Assembly: GCA_963768055.1 (NCBI GenBank)
Contig: CAVYGN010000001.1
Span: 1,088,001 to 1,152,000, forward strand
Source: an uncultured Spirochaetota bacterium
Lineage (GTDB): Bacteria > Spirochaetota > Brevinematia > Brevinematales > JAOACQ01
Direction of reading: 5' to 3'
DNA length: 64,000 nt
This document shows positions 25,799 to 35,913 of the stretch, piece after piece. The position numbers and the translations under genes are program-made. Each line of letters starts with the position of its first letter. The first letter of the stretch is position 1. The notes under the pieces are model-generated. The model was not told the origin of the DNA. It searched no databases and was given only the letters and a program-made list of their open reading frames with translations.

Positions 25799-27365
25799 TC
25801 CCCATTTCAAGAAAATGTATAGAGGCTTTCAACTCCTCCCTGTCAGAAACCTTTTCATTAAACGCCTTAACAAAAGCGTTTCGAAGAGAGGTTTCCTTCG
25901 AGATCATTTCTTCCAGTATGGCCGCATAATCCGGGAGTTCGCTTATGATAGTTTTACAAGCTGTTTCAAGCCTGGCCGCTTGTGTGAGAATGGCATAAGA
26001 ACTGGTTTCGGCTATTCCGCAGAGAAGGGGAAGCATTTCATTTTCAAGGATAACTCCACCACCGATTATGAAATCGGCAGGACTGCCCGTTCCAGACAGA
26101 TTAATTATCGTGGATGTCTTTATTATTCCAGTATCATTTTGGATAGCTGCAAAGGGGACTATTGAATACATAGAAGGCGAGGCTATGCTTCGGATTACCT
26201 GACTTATTATATTTAAAGAATTGAGGCAACCTATAGCTGTCTGGTAGGCTTTCCTGAAAATCTCCGGCGAAGCAGCCACGCCCATTTCCAGGGCGAGACC
26301 GTTAAACCTTTTCAATGGGATTACACTTTCTTTTAACGGGATTGCAATGTCCGAAAGGTCTTTAAGCGGGAAAAAGGGCTTAAACAGAGAGCATTCCATA
26401 AGTATAAGAGTTATTTTAAATTTTGAAAGGCCCTGCATCGGCCCTGAAATAGCCCTTTTCATTATATCGGGCGATGTTACAAGGCTTCCGGAAATCTCAT
26501 TTTCCACATCGCTTTTCCATTTATCGATCCAGATCCTCTTATTCGCTTTTATTTTATGATCCGGAGTCGTTTCGACGCTTTCTTCTGAAAGAGCGTAATA
26601 GAGACTGAACAGGAACCTGGCTTCTTCTTTATCGAGTCTGAATTGAGAGAAAATGGAATTTTCGGCCGCCGGTTTGAACAGGAAATCTCCGTTTGCCGAA
26701 TGAAGAGAAAGTTTTTCTGCGGCAGCGGCGGCAAAAAGCCCGGACCTTAATCCGGCCAGAAAAATAAACAGGAATAAAAAAGACAGTATTATGCCTGCGA
26801 TCTTCAGCAAAATCAATCCGCCAGGAGCGAATATTGAAATAAAAAAAATGACCGGGACTAAAAGCCCGGACAGGATTGTGAAGACGGATAAACACCTTTT
26901 TTCTTCAGCCGCAGGGGCCTGTTTGATATTGTAGAGTTCCAGACCTATGAGCCCGCCGACCCCCATGATGACGCCGCATTTCAGGCGGCCCGGTGCAAAA
27001 ACTTTTAAAAGAATATAAGGGAGGGGGCCGATGAAAAGCGTACCGACTGAAAGCCATGAAGCGGATACAGCCGACGCGATGGAAAAAAGGTCGCCGGCCC
27101 TGGAAAGGGAATCCATCGTGTTCATTGTTTTAAAAACAGTATTAAGGGAAATTTTTTTTAAAGACGGGTATTTTTCAGTAATGCTTATTATAGTCCTTTT
27201 CAGGTCGCTAAGCGTGATATCCGCGTTAAAATCCCTTCCGGAAAGGTTCCTGATTTCCGTTATCATTTCCATAAAAAACATACGGAATTCGAGGGACAGC
27301 GGATCATTCATCCAGAAAGCCCTGCGGATAAATTTGCCAAGTATTCTACCGGCTTTAAAGGGCAT
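25764..27365 (-). CDS. Hypothetical membrane protein
   Basis: 533-aa ORF with several hydrophobic segments in the N-terminal half; no family recognised. Confidence 0.65.
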   Translation of the reverse strand: MPFKAGRILGKFIRRAFWMNDPLSLEFRMFFMEMITEIRNLSGRDFNADITLSDLKRTIISITEKYPSLKKISLNTVFKTMNTMDSLSRAGDLFSIASAVSASWLSVGTLFIGPLPYILLKVFAPGRLKCGVIMGVGGLIGLELYNIKQAPAAEEKRCLSVFTILSGLLVPVIFFISIFAPGGLILLKIAGIILSFLFLFIFLAGLRSGLFAAAAAEKLSLHSANGDFLFKPAAENSIFSQFRLDKEEARFLFSLYYALSEESVETTPDHKIKANKRIWIDKWKSDVENEISGSLVTSPDIMKRAISGPMQGLSKFKITLILMECSLFKPFFPLKDLSDIAIPLKESVIPLKRFNGLALEMGVAASPEIFRKAYQTAIGCLNSLNIISQVIRSIASPSMYSIVPFAAIQNDTGIIKTSTIINLSGTGSPADFIIGGGVILENEMLPLLCGIAETSSYAILTQAARLETACKTIISELPDYAAILEEMISKETSLRNAFVKAFNEKVSDREELKASIHFLEMGIKRLRETLKHP

Positions 27366-27368
27366 AAT

Positions 27369-27737
27369 TCAACTCCCGCGGAAGCATACCGCTTCTACCT
27401 CGATCAGAGAGCCCTTGGGGAGCCCTTTTACTTCCACGGTTGTCCTTACAGGTTTATGAGCCCCGAAAAATTTGGAATAGATTTCATTCAATTCATTGAA
27501 ATTTCCCATATCCGTTAAATAAATTACAATCTTAATTATGTCCTGCAGTGAAAACGAACAATCTTCGACAATGTTTTTAATATTTTTAAGGGCTGTTTCA
27601 GCTTGAGAAGCTAATGTATCGCCCGCGCCGATCTGTCCGGATAAAAATAAAAAACCGTTGCCAGTCCTTACGGCAGTGGAATAAGGGCCTGCAGCCGCAG
27701 GGGCGGACGCCGGGTTCAGGTATTCGTTCATTAACAT
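27369..27737 (-). CDS. RidA/YjgF family protein
   Basis: GPYSTAV, LSGQIG, NEIYSKFF, PVRTTVEVKGLP, IEVEAV. Confidence 0.92.
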   Translation of the reverse strand: MLMNEYLNPASAPAAAGPYSTAVRTGNGFLFLSGQIGAGDTLASQAETALKNIKNIVEDCSFSLQDIIKIVIYLTDMGNFNELNEIYSKFFGAHKPVRTTVEVKGLPKGSLIEVEAVCFRGS

Positions 27738-27863
27738 ATCCTCCCGGCTAATTTTACAGGACTGTTTTTAAAAAGTCAACGGGCCGGCGAAATTAGACAC
27801 CCGGAGAAATAAGCGTCACTGCAAGAATCACTGTAAGTTTTGAACTTGAATGACACCTCTTTT

Positions 27864-27892
27864 TTGACAGTTAAACCGGATCATAGTATAAT
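27864..27892 (+). promoter_or_regulatory. Consensus sigma70 promoter of tRNA-Glu
   Basis: TTGACA-17 nt-TATAAT. Confidence 0.88.
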
Positions 27893-27918
27893 ATTTTCCC
27901 TTAAGCGGGCTCTAATGT

Positions 27919-27990
27919 GCCCCCTTCGTCTAGTGGTTAGGACACAGGGTTTTCAACCCTGCAGCGGGGGTTCGATTCCCCCAGGGGGTA
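27919..27990 (+). tRNA. tRNA-Glu(TTC)
   Basis: GCCCCCTTCGTCTAGTGGTTAGGACACAGGGTTTTCAACCCTG...GGTTCGATTCCCCCAGGGGGTA. Confidence 0.96.
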
Positions 27991-28119
27991 ATTTGTTTAT
28001 TAATATATAGATATCTGTTTTATAATTTAACAATCACTTTATTTCCCTTTCCATTAAAATTTAATAATGTCAGTAATTAAAAACCTGCAATTATTAAAGT
28101 TGGCTTTAAGGGGAAGAAA

Positions 28120-29474
28120 ATGTTATTGAAAACCTTTTTTTCACAGCTTTATATCTATGCGTCTGTGTTTCGGTTTATCCCGAGGAACTGTCTTCAAAGC
28201 GTGAAAAGGTCCTGATCCTGCCGTTTCAAAACGAATCTGACACTAAACAGTATGTAAATTCCGGGGTTTTCAGGGAAATTTTTTCAAGATCGTTTTATTC
28301 CTATATAAGTATCCTTCCTGTTATAGACGTCCCCGATTACGGGAAGAATAATAATGTTTTGATTTCACCCTCGAATATCCAGGCCTTCTCCGAAAAGGAA
28401 AAGGCAAAGATTGTGATTTACGGGGACTACCGGTTATCAGGCGAAAGATTACACCCGGTAATAACGATGGATCTGACTGCGTATGACAGCATCGGCCGTA
28501 CAAATATTTTCAATAAAACTTACAAAACGACAACCGGGATTGAGATCTTTGACGATATCGACAATATGATCTCCGAAGTCCTGAAAGGTGCCATGAACAT
28601 TGATATGAAAAACATCGCCGCTATTCACTTCATGGATTTCAGGATCGCCAATGAAAATTATATGCTTTACATTAACGACCGCCTTATAGCCTCCCCCTCC
28701 AATACGAATTTTTCACTTATCCTAAAAATCATACCGGAAAAGAATTATTCGATAGTACTCAAACAGGCTGACGGGGACAGGACGGTCCTGAAAACGGATG
28801 TAAGGCTGCCGCAGAACGGATCGACCAATATCGGCTATGCAGGTTCAGGCAACGTGAGTATCGGAGGGATCGCCTTTAAAGACCGGCTGAAGACATACAG
28901 CCTCTACTTCGATAACGGCCGGGTTTCAGAGAACAGCTTTATTTCGAATATTCCAACGGATTTTAACCATGAGCTGGTCATCGTGGCGGATTCTAAATAT
29001 ACAAATTATTATACGAATTTCAATCTTTACGACAGCAAGACTGCGCAGGTCAATGCTTCGGCCGTGGCATACGGAAGCCTGCATGCAGAAGTTATCGGCC
29101 CCGATTTCAATATTGCCAGCCTTATTATACAATATTTTCCTTTCGGCCGTTATTTCTGCATCGGGGCAGGGGCAGGTTTTTGCGATTCCGCACTTGCAGT
29201 GCCGGGCACATCTTTTTTATACGTTTCTCCGCTTGTTGATCTGGAATACTACCTGATCGGCGATATGTCGTACGATTTCAGGGCAAGTTTTGGTTTAATC
29301 GGCAGGTATGATATAGCCGTCAATGGGCCAGGGCTGGCTCTTCCGGTCGACGTCGGTGCTTTTATCAGCATTGACTATTTGTTCTTTACGATCCGCCCGG
29401 AGTGTTATGTTTACAGGGATGACAGCGGAAATTACAATTTCCTTTTTACAGCCGCCGCCGGAATCCATTTTTAA
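28120..29474 (+). pseudogene. Exported / outer-membrane protein frameshifted at a T7 tract; paralogue of 48986-49960
   Basis: ATG 28120 with RBS is out of frame with FTALYLCVCVSVYPEE..KVLILPFQNES..FREIFSRSFY; T8 at 28135-28141 would join them; ends AAAGIHF like the paralogue's AAVGLHF. Confidence 0.72.
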
Positions 29475-29489
29475 AGATAGGGGGAAAAT

Positions 29490-30107
29490 ATGTTTTTTAA
29501 AATTGTAAATAATTCCATGCGAACCGTCCTGTTGTTATCGGTATTTGCACTTTTTTCCTGCCAGGTATTCGCCCCCCCGGGGGATTACGATAATCTGAAA
29601 ACCTACGCGAGCAGCTCGTCAGGAAACAGTGGCGGAGGTGGGGATGGAGGCGGCGGAGGCGGGGTCCCGGGCAATATGATTCAAAATGGTGATTTCTCCA
29701 TGGGTACAACCTATTGGGCCTCATATGGAATGAACGGAGGAGCTTTGTCTATTTCAGCTTTAGGCGGTTCTCTGCAAATTTTAATTAGCTCATTAGGAAT
29801 TGATGTATCCGATCTGCAGGTAAGCCAGGGGACTCCTGGATTCCCGCTTGTAAATGGGAGCAGTTATACTTTGACATTCGATGCCTGGGCAAACGATATT
29901 CGACTTTTAGACGTATCTGTATGGGAAAATGGTCATCCTACATATGGGTCATATGCATATGGTTCATATTCTATAACGCCGATCAGGCAGACATTTACTC
30001 TTTCTTTTGTTATGAGTGGTAATAACTCGGAATCCGGCCTTTGTTTCTTTTGCGGTGCAAGTACAATTACTATTTATATAGCTAATGTTTCACTGGTAAA
30101 AAATTAA
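29490..30107 (+). CDS. Lipoprotein with Gly/Ser linker and CBM4/9-like domain
   Basis: FALFSC lipobox, SSSSGNSGGGGDGGGGG linker, NMIQNGDFS...YTLTFDAWA...IYIANVSLVK. Confidence 0.75.
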   Translation: MFFKIVNNSMRTVLLLSVFALFSCQVFAPPGDYDNLKTYASSSSGNSGGGGDGGGGGGVPGNMIQNGDFSMGTTYWASYGMNGGALSISALGGSLQILISSLGIDVSDLQVSQGTPGFPLVNGSSYTLTFDAWANDIRLLDVSVWENGHPTYGSYAYGSYSITPIRQTFTLSFVMSGNNSESGLCFFCGASTITIYIANVSLVKN

Positions 30108-30377
30108 TATCAGCCATACACAAATAAGAAAAGATATAAAACAGGCTAAGCATAAAAGATTCATTGTTTAAAACCTTAATCCAATAAATTATCCGAATTA
30201 AATTTTTTAAAAGCCCGGTAATCCGGGGCCTAAATCATTACATATCAAAGAAAATGGGCGATATAAACAATCATCCAACAATATGGCGTTTAATGCAAAT
30301 GTTGATCCCGGTCCCGATTTGTCAATTGACCGGGATTGTTGTATCTTAATAATTACGACTTGTAAAGGAGGCATAAA

Positions 30378-30701
30378 ATGATACTTGTGACCTCTGCAGC
30401 GGGAAAATCGGGAAAGGCGGTTATCCGCAGCCTGTCTATTAAAAACGAGGAAATCAGGGCGCTTGTTCACAGAAAGGAATACGAAGGCGCTGTAAAGGAG
30501 GCCGGGGTAATGGAAATTGCCGTCGGGGATATGATGGACATGGATTTTATGAACGAAGCTTCTAAAGGCGTCAAGGCTATTTATCACATAGGCCCTTCGG
30601 CAAGCCCCAATATGGTTTGTAAGCGCGGTTCTGATCGTTTTCGTGCTGGCCCGGAAGCCGCGAATATGGCCGCTGCCGAGGCTCTTCGCCAATACGAATA
30701 A
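30378..30701 (+). pseudogene. Truncated NmrA/SDR-like gene fused to a relic of an ABC permease 3' end
   Basis: MILVTSAAGKSGKAVI...GVKAIYHIGP Rossmann start; ends AANMAAAEALRQYE, almost identical to the end of 33112-35001. Confidence 0.75.
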
Positions 30702-30828
30702 AATTCTGGAAAATAGCAATAAAATTGATTATATTTCGTCATTATATATTGAAAATTAATTTGTTATTCTCCGATTTTCGGTGTATTATTATATCAGAAA
30801 ATTATTCGATATCGATAAGGGAGGCAAA

Positions 30829-31521
30829 ATGAATATCATCGAATTGGAAGGCGTAAAGAAGGATTATCCTCTGGGGAATACGACCGTCCACGCGGTCAGA
30901 GGGGTGGACCTATGCGTCGAAGAGGGTGATTTTTTCTCGATAGTCGGCCCGTCGGGAAGCGGTAAAACGACCCTTTTAAACATCATAGGATGCATAGATA
31001 ATGCCACAGCGGGCAGCATAAAAATCCATGGCGAAGAGATAACCAGCATGAGCGATAAAGAGCTGACCGATTTAAGGCTTTACAAGATAGGGTTCATTTT
31101 TCAGACCTTTAACCTCATTCCCGTCCTCGATGTATTGGAAAACGTCGAGTTTCCCCTTCTGCTGATGAGAAAATTCTCCAGGGGAGAGATCAGGAAGAAA
31201 ACGGATAAATTTATCGACGAGGTGGGCCTTAAGGAATTCGTGAAGCACAGGCCTGCCGAATTGTCCGGGGGACAGAGGCAGAGAGTGGCCATAGCGAGGG
31301 CGCTGGTGACCAACCCGGACATAGTGCTTGCAGACGAACCTACGGCAAACCTCGATTCGGAAACAGGGGCTACTATCCTTGAACTTATGCAGGAACTCAA
31401 TAAAATTGAGAAAACGACTTTCATATTTTCCACTCACGACCCCGACGTATTGAAATACGCGAAGGATGTAGTAAAGATCAAGGACGGCCAGATAATTTCA
31501 AGGGAAACTCTTAACCATTAA
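30829..31521 (+). CDS. ABC transporter ATP-binding protein (LolD/MacB type)
   Basis: [33 protein letters not shown]; start ATG 30829 after GGAGG. Confidence 0.95.
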   Translation: MNIIELEGVKKDYPLGNTTVHAVRGVDLCVEEGDFFSIVGPSGSGKTTLLNIIGCIDNATAGSIKIHGEEITSMSDKELTDLRLYKIGFIFQTFNLIPVLDVLENVEFPLLLMRKFSRGEIRKKTDKFIDEVGLKEFVKHRPAELSGGQRQRVAIARALVTNPDIVLADEPTANLDSETGATILELMQELNKIEKTTFIFSTHDPDVLKYAKDVVKIKDGQIISRETLNH

Positions 31522-31532
31522 AGGGGGAATAT

Positions 31533-33086
31533 ATGAACCTTATTTTAAAGATAGCTGCTCGGAACATCCTCCGGCACAAGGGTAAGAGCCTCGTCATCGG
31601 AATAATTTTATTCCTGGGTTCGCTGTTGATGACCCTGGGCAGCGCCGTAGTCACAGGAATGGAAAAAGGGCTTCATGAAAATATAGTAGAACGTTTTTCG
31701 GGGGATTATGTTATTATCTCGACAAACCAGAAGAACGAAGCGGTTATCGCCGGCGGGGGGCTCGAGCCCACCGAATCAATAGCCGGATATACCAATATCG
31801 ACAGGACTTTAAAAAACCTGCCGTATATAGAAAGTTATATTCCCCTATGCCGGGGCAACACCATGGTGCTTAACGACAAGGGTGACATGGGGTATACGGC
31901 CCTGCTCGGGGTTGATATCGATAAGTACCAGAAAATGTTTCATAGCAACATAGAAGCGGTAGAGGGAAAACTGCTCTCTGACGGGATGAAGGGGTGTCTG
32001 GTAACTACCGGGGGCCAGCTGGCAATGTATAATAATATGGACGTATGGCTGACGCCCGTTGATTCGCCTTTTATAGAGTCGAACCTCACGCCTGACGCCA
32101 AATCTAACCGTTCCACGCTTAATATCCAGTCTAACCTTGTTTTCATGGGCATGAACTCGAGCGGTTCCCAGATGGATATAAGAACTCCCGTAATAGGCAT
32201 TATTAAATATAAAATTCTTAACAATTTCTGGGGAGGGGGCGCCAATGGAGGAGCAGGATACAGCATACTGGACCTGGAATCGTTCAGGGAATGCTTTGCA
32301 TATAATACTGCAGAGAATACGATCACTAACATCACAGGTGAAAAAAAGAAAATATTCAGCTCGGATGACAACCTCGACACCCTTTTTTCAGGGGGAAGCA
32401 TAGTTAAAAATGTTGAAACCGGGAATGCCGCTTATAAAATCGGGAGCCTTAAAAGGACTGAAAAACCGGCGGCTGTGTCTAACATCAACGAAGAAGCGGG
32501 AGTTTATAACCTTGTCTTCGTTAAATTAAAGCCCGGCTATAATCCGGATAAATACCTGGTGAAGCTTAACAGCGAATTGTCAAACGCGAACCTGGGCGTA
32601 AAAGCCATAACATGGAAAAAAGCCGCGGGTATAATAGGAGATATGTCTTCGATTATGAAGATCATACTCTATGTGTTCGTGGGCATCCTCTTTTTTGTCG
32701 CAGTGATAATTATTACAAACACCCTGTCGATGGCCGCGCTTGAGAGGACTTCGGAGATAGGGATGATGCGGGCGGTCGGGGCCGATAAAGATTTCGTATC
32801 GGGCATGTTCCTTGGAGAAACCGCAATACTTTCCGGAATTTTCGGCGGATTCGGAATTTTATCCGGGGGTGTGATCGCGCGGATATTTGCCGGGCTTAAA
32901 ATAAGCGGGGGGACAAACAGCGCGCTCGAGATACTTTTCGGCGGCGATGTCATGAACCCGATCCTTAATGGCTTTGACATTTTAGGGTGCATAATATTAC
33001 TTGTCATCGTAACTTTTCTGGCTTATCTCTACCCGAATATCGTAGCCAGAAACATCACGCCTCTCGAAGCGATCGCGAGAGACTAA
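31533..33086 (+). CDS. FtsX/LolE-like ABC permease
   Basis: ARNILRHK, large periplasmic domain, ERTSEIGMMRAVG, ITPLEAI. Confidence 0.9.
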   Translation: MNLILKIAARNILRHKGKSLVIGIILFLGSLLMTLGSAVVTGMEKGLHENIVERFSGDYVIISTNQKNEAVIAGGGLEPTESIAGYTNIDRTLKNLPYIESYIPLCRGNTMVLNDKGDMGYTALLGVDIDKYQKMFHSNIEAVEGKLLSDGMKGCLVTTGGQLAMYNNMDVWLTPVDSPFIESNLTPDAKSNRSTLNIQSNLVFMGMNSSGSQMDIRTPVIGIIKYKILNNFWGGGANGGAGYSILDLESFRECFAYNTAENTITNITGEKKKIFSSDDNLDTLFSGGSIVKNVETGNAAYKIGSLKRTEKPAAVSNINEEAGVYNLVFVKLKPGYNPDKYLVKLNSELSNANLGVKAITWKKAAGIIGDMSSIMKIILYVFVGILFFVAVIIITNTLSMAALERTSEIGMMRAVGADKDFVSGMFLGETAILSGIFGGFGILSGGVIARIFAGLKISGGTNSALEILFGGDVMNPILNGFDILGCIILLVIVTFLAYLYPNIVARNITPLEAIARD

Positions 33087-33111
33087 AGGAAAATCCTGTA
33101 AGGAGAAAATT

Positions 33112-35001
33112 ATGGGTTTGCTTTTTAAAATAAGTTTCAGGAACCTGCTGAGGCAGAAAAGGAGAAATTTTTTCCTGGGCCTGGCTATTGCCGTCGGAAT
33201 GATGATCCTTGTAGCGACGAGCTCTTTCACAAAGGGCCTTACCGACGTTATATTAAATAAATGGCTGGTATATTCCTACGGCCATGTCAGCATCAACGGC
33301 TACGAGAACGGAAGCCGCCAGAATTCAGTTATAAGGGACAGGGACAGGATCGTAAGCATTATCAAGAGCGTCAAAGGCGTTCATGCGGTTAACAATTACC
33401 TTGCCGATTATACAAGGGTCGTCGGCAATGGAAAGTCGGGAATGCTTGCGCTTGTCGGGATGCCTACGAACGAGGGGCTGGCCTTTTTCAAGAATACCGT
33501 CCAGCAGGGGAACATTTACGATTTTACCAACCTTTCTATAGAAAACCCCGTCGTGATGACGGACCCAAGGTCAAAAGACTTTAATGTCAAAATTGGCGAC
33601 TTGATGAATGTCCGGCTGACCACTATAAACGGGCAGGTTCAGTCAGCCAGGTTGACCCTTGTAGCTACCCAGAAAGAATTAAATTCAGGGCAGGGCATGG
33701 CATTTTACATACCCCTCGATTTGATGAAGCAATTAAGGGGGTTCAGGCCCCAGGAAAGCGGGCCTTTACAGGTAGTCCTTGAAAGGATGGACGACCCCCA
33801 GGCGGCCCTTAAAGCAGCGGACAGGATCCATGAGCTGCTCAAGCCGAACCTGGCAGAATACTATGGAAATTTTTATTCCGGGAATTTTAATACCGGAGCA
33901 ACAGCGTTGACTTTCTATACAAATACCAATTCTCTGGAACTTATTGAAACCAGCCTGCCCATCTACAGGGGAAGCTGGCCTGCGGCGACCAATTCTAACA
34001 CCGTAGCTATAAGCTACACAGCGGCTGAAAAGCTTCATGCCGGTATCGGGGACGCTGTAACCGGGATTTATAAGAACAAGTTCGGGGGAAGCACAACAAA
34101 TTTATATAAGATAGCGGTGATATTCAAACCGGGGAAGGTCCTGGGCGAAAATGTTTTGCTTATCGGCGAAAACAATTTTTATTACTCTTATTTAAGAAAT
34201 CTGCCGGTCGATATTCAAAATTTCTCAGACGCTTACAAAACTTCTTCAAATAATATTCTCTCTTCAGCACTTGGAACTGAATGGAAACTCCTTCCGAGAA
34301 CATCAACAGCAGACGCTCTCCAGAAAAAGCTGAGGAAAGCCCTGAAGGATAACTTCGAGGGTTCATATTACGACGTGAGCACGATGTACGAGGCCGCGAG
34401 CTTTCTGATCGATATGCAGAGAGGCCTCGATATGATCTCGCTTATCGCTGTTATGATACTCTTTTTTGTCATCCTGATAGGGGTGCTTAATACTTTAAGG
34501 ATGACCATCAGGGAAAGGACCAGGGAGATCGGGACGATCAGGTCCATCGGCATGCAGAAGGAGGACGTAAAAATTTCGTTTATTATGGAAACTTTCTACC
34601 TTACCTTTTTAGGCTGTACCGCGGGCATAATCCTTTCAATAGGGCTTTTGTTCCTGCTCGGACTGGTGCCGATCGAAACCAGCAGCATGTTCGGGATGCT
34701 CCTGGTCAACAAGCATATTAATTTCGTGCTCTCGCTTGGAAAGCCCGCGATCATTTTTATGCTCTTAGTTATTTTCGCGCTGGAAGTTTTAATAATAAGA
34801 TACGACAGGCACATTCCGGGATGGATTGTAAGCACATCGCTTGTCATTTTCGTGCTGATAGGCTTCTTTGTAAGCGGGTCGGGGAACGGGATACTTACCT
34901 TCCTTATCCTCATTTTGAACATGCTGATGGCCATAGCATATTTCCCCGCCAGGAGGGCGGCGAACATGGCAGCGGCGGCCGCGCTTCGCCAGTATGAATA
35001 A
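33112..35001 (+). CDS. FtsX/LolE-like ABC permease
   Basis: FRNLLRQKRR, ERTREIGTIRSIG, PARRAA..ALR. Confidence 0.9.
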   Translation: MGLLFKISFRNLLRQKRRNFFLGLAIAVGMMILVATSSFTKGLTDVILNKWLVYSYGHVSINGYENGSRQNSVIRDRDRIVSIIKSVKGVHAVNNYLADYTRVVGNGKSGMLALVGMPTNEGLAFFKNTVQQGNIYDFTNLSIENPVVMTDPRSKDFNVKIGDLMNVRLTTINGQVQSARLTLVATQKELNSGQGMAFYIPLDLMKQLRGFRPQESGPLQVVLERMDDPQAALKAADRIHELLKPNLAEYYGNFYSGNFNTGATALTFYTNTNSLELIETSLPIYRGSWPAATNSNTVAISYTAAEKLHAGIGDAVTGIYKNKFGGSTTNLYKIAVIFKPGKVLGENVLLIGENNFYYSYLRNLPVDIQNFSDAYKTSSNNILSSALGTEWKLLPRTSTADALQKKLRKALKDNFEGSYYDVSTMYEAASFLIDMQRGLDMISLIAVMILFFVILIGVLNTLRMTIRERTREIGTIRSIGMQKEDVKISFIMETFYLTFLGCTAGIILSIGLLFLLGLVPIETSSMFGMLLVNKHINFVLSLGKPAIIFMLLVIFALEVLIIRYDRHIPGWIVSTSLVIFVLIGFFVSGSGNGILTFLILILNMLMAIAYFPARRAANMAAAAALRQYE

Positions 35002-35027
35002 ATTTAATGCATTTAAGGAGAATAAAG

Positions 35028-35798
35028 ATGTTTAGAAAAATTATTATAATTACGGCGGTTTTTACAATATTTGCCGTCATGAATATGTGGTCCCTGCCAA
35101 CCGGACCCCAAATCCTCAAGAAAATGGACGATATGCAGGACCAGCGTACTGACGTGACCTGCAAGGTCGATATCACACAGCAGAGGGTGGGACAGGGGAT
35201 AAAGGCCCTGCAATGGATCTATTACAGGAAGGATAAAACGGATTCACTGCTTATAATCCAGACAGGCCCCGAGTCCGAAAAGGGAAGGGGATACCTCCGG
35301 GTGGGCAATAATTTCTTCCTTTACCTGCCCAATACCCGCACCTTCCAGACAATAAACCGCGACGAATCTATCGGCGGTTCAGACGCCAGGGCTGGCGATT
35401 TTGAAAAGAGGAAGTTTTCAGAATTATACAGGGTCGAAACTAACGCCCAGGGCAAAGAATTGATAGAAGAGGTGAAATTGGGTAAGGTCGACGCTTATAT
35501 GGTGACCCTTGTAGGCATTGTTAACGATGTTACATATCCAAAGCAGATTTACTGGCTTGATAAGGACAATTATTTCCAGTATAAGATCCAGAGCTTTTCC
35601 CTTTCGGGGACTCTTATGCAGACCTCGTATTACCCAAAATGGACCGAGATTGAAGATAAATTCCTGCCCGTCCAGATGATCTTTATTGACGAGTTCGACA
35701 AGGGCAATAAATCGATAGTGGAATTGTCGGGGATATCGCTTGCAGGCCTTGACGATTCAATCTTCACCAAGGGGTATCTTGAAAATTTAAGCAAGTGA
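35028..35798 (+). CDS. Outer-membrane lipoprotein-sorting (LolA-like) protein
   Basis: Signal peptide, PESEKGRGYL, FLYLP, IGGSDARAGDF, LDDSIFTKGYL; start ATG 35028 after AGGAG. Confidence 0.8.
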   Translation: MFRKIIIITAVFTIFAVMNMWSLPTGPQILKKMDDMQDQRTDVTCKVDITQQRVGQGIKALQWIYYRKDKTDSLLIIQTGPESEKGRGYLRVGNNFFLYLPNTRTFQTINRDESIGGSDARAGDFEKRKFSELYRVETNAQGKELIEEVKLGKVDAYMVTLVGIVNDVTYPKQIYWLDKDNYFQYKIQSFSLSGTLMQTSYYPKWTEIEDKFLPVQMIFIDEFDKGNKSIVELSGISLAGLDDSIFTKGYLENLSK

Positions 35799-35828
35799 TC
35801 GTTCCGGGAATGCTGCCGACAATGACTC

Positions 35829-35896
35829 ACCGTAGTAAGATTTCTTACTACGGTCGACGCTGCGGTCGCACTTTGGCCGGAATGACAATCCGGCCG
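35829..35896. repeat. REP-like hairpin cluster
   Basis: accgtagtaaga-tt-tcttactacggt perfect inverted repeat containing GTAG/CTAC, followed by ggccgga..tccggcc. Confidence 0.65.
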
Positions 35897-35913
35897 GATA
35901 ATCAGGAGGGTTT

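Noticed and set aside
29610..29665. GGN-rich run as a DNA repeat element
   Set aside because: Explained by the Gly/Ser linker of the lipoprotein.
30207..30719. Minus-strand 170-aa ORF
   Set aside because: Antisense to the NmrA-like relic, with no motifs.
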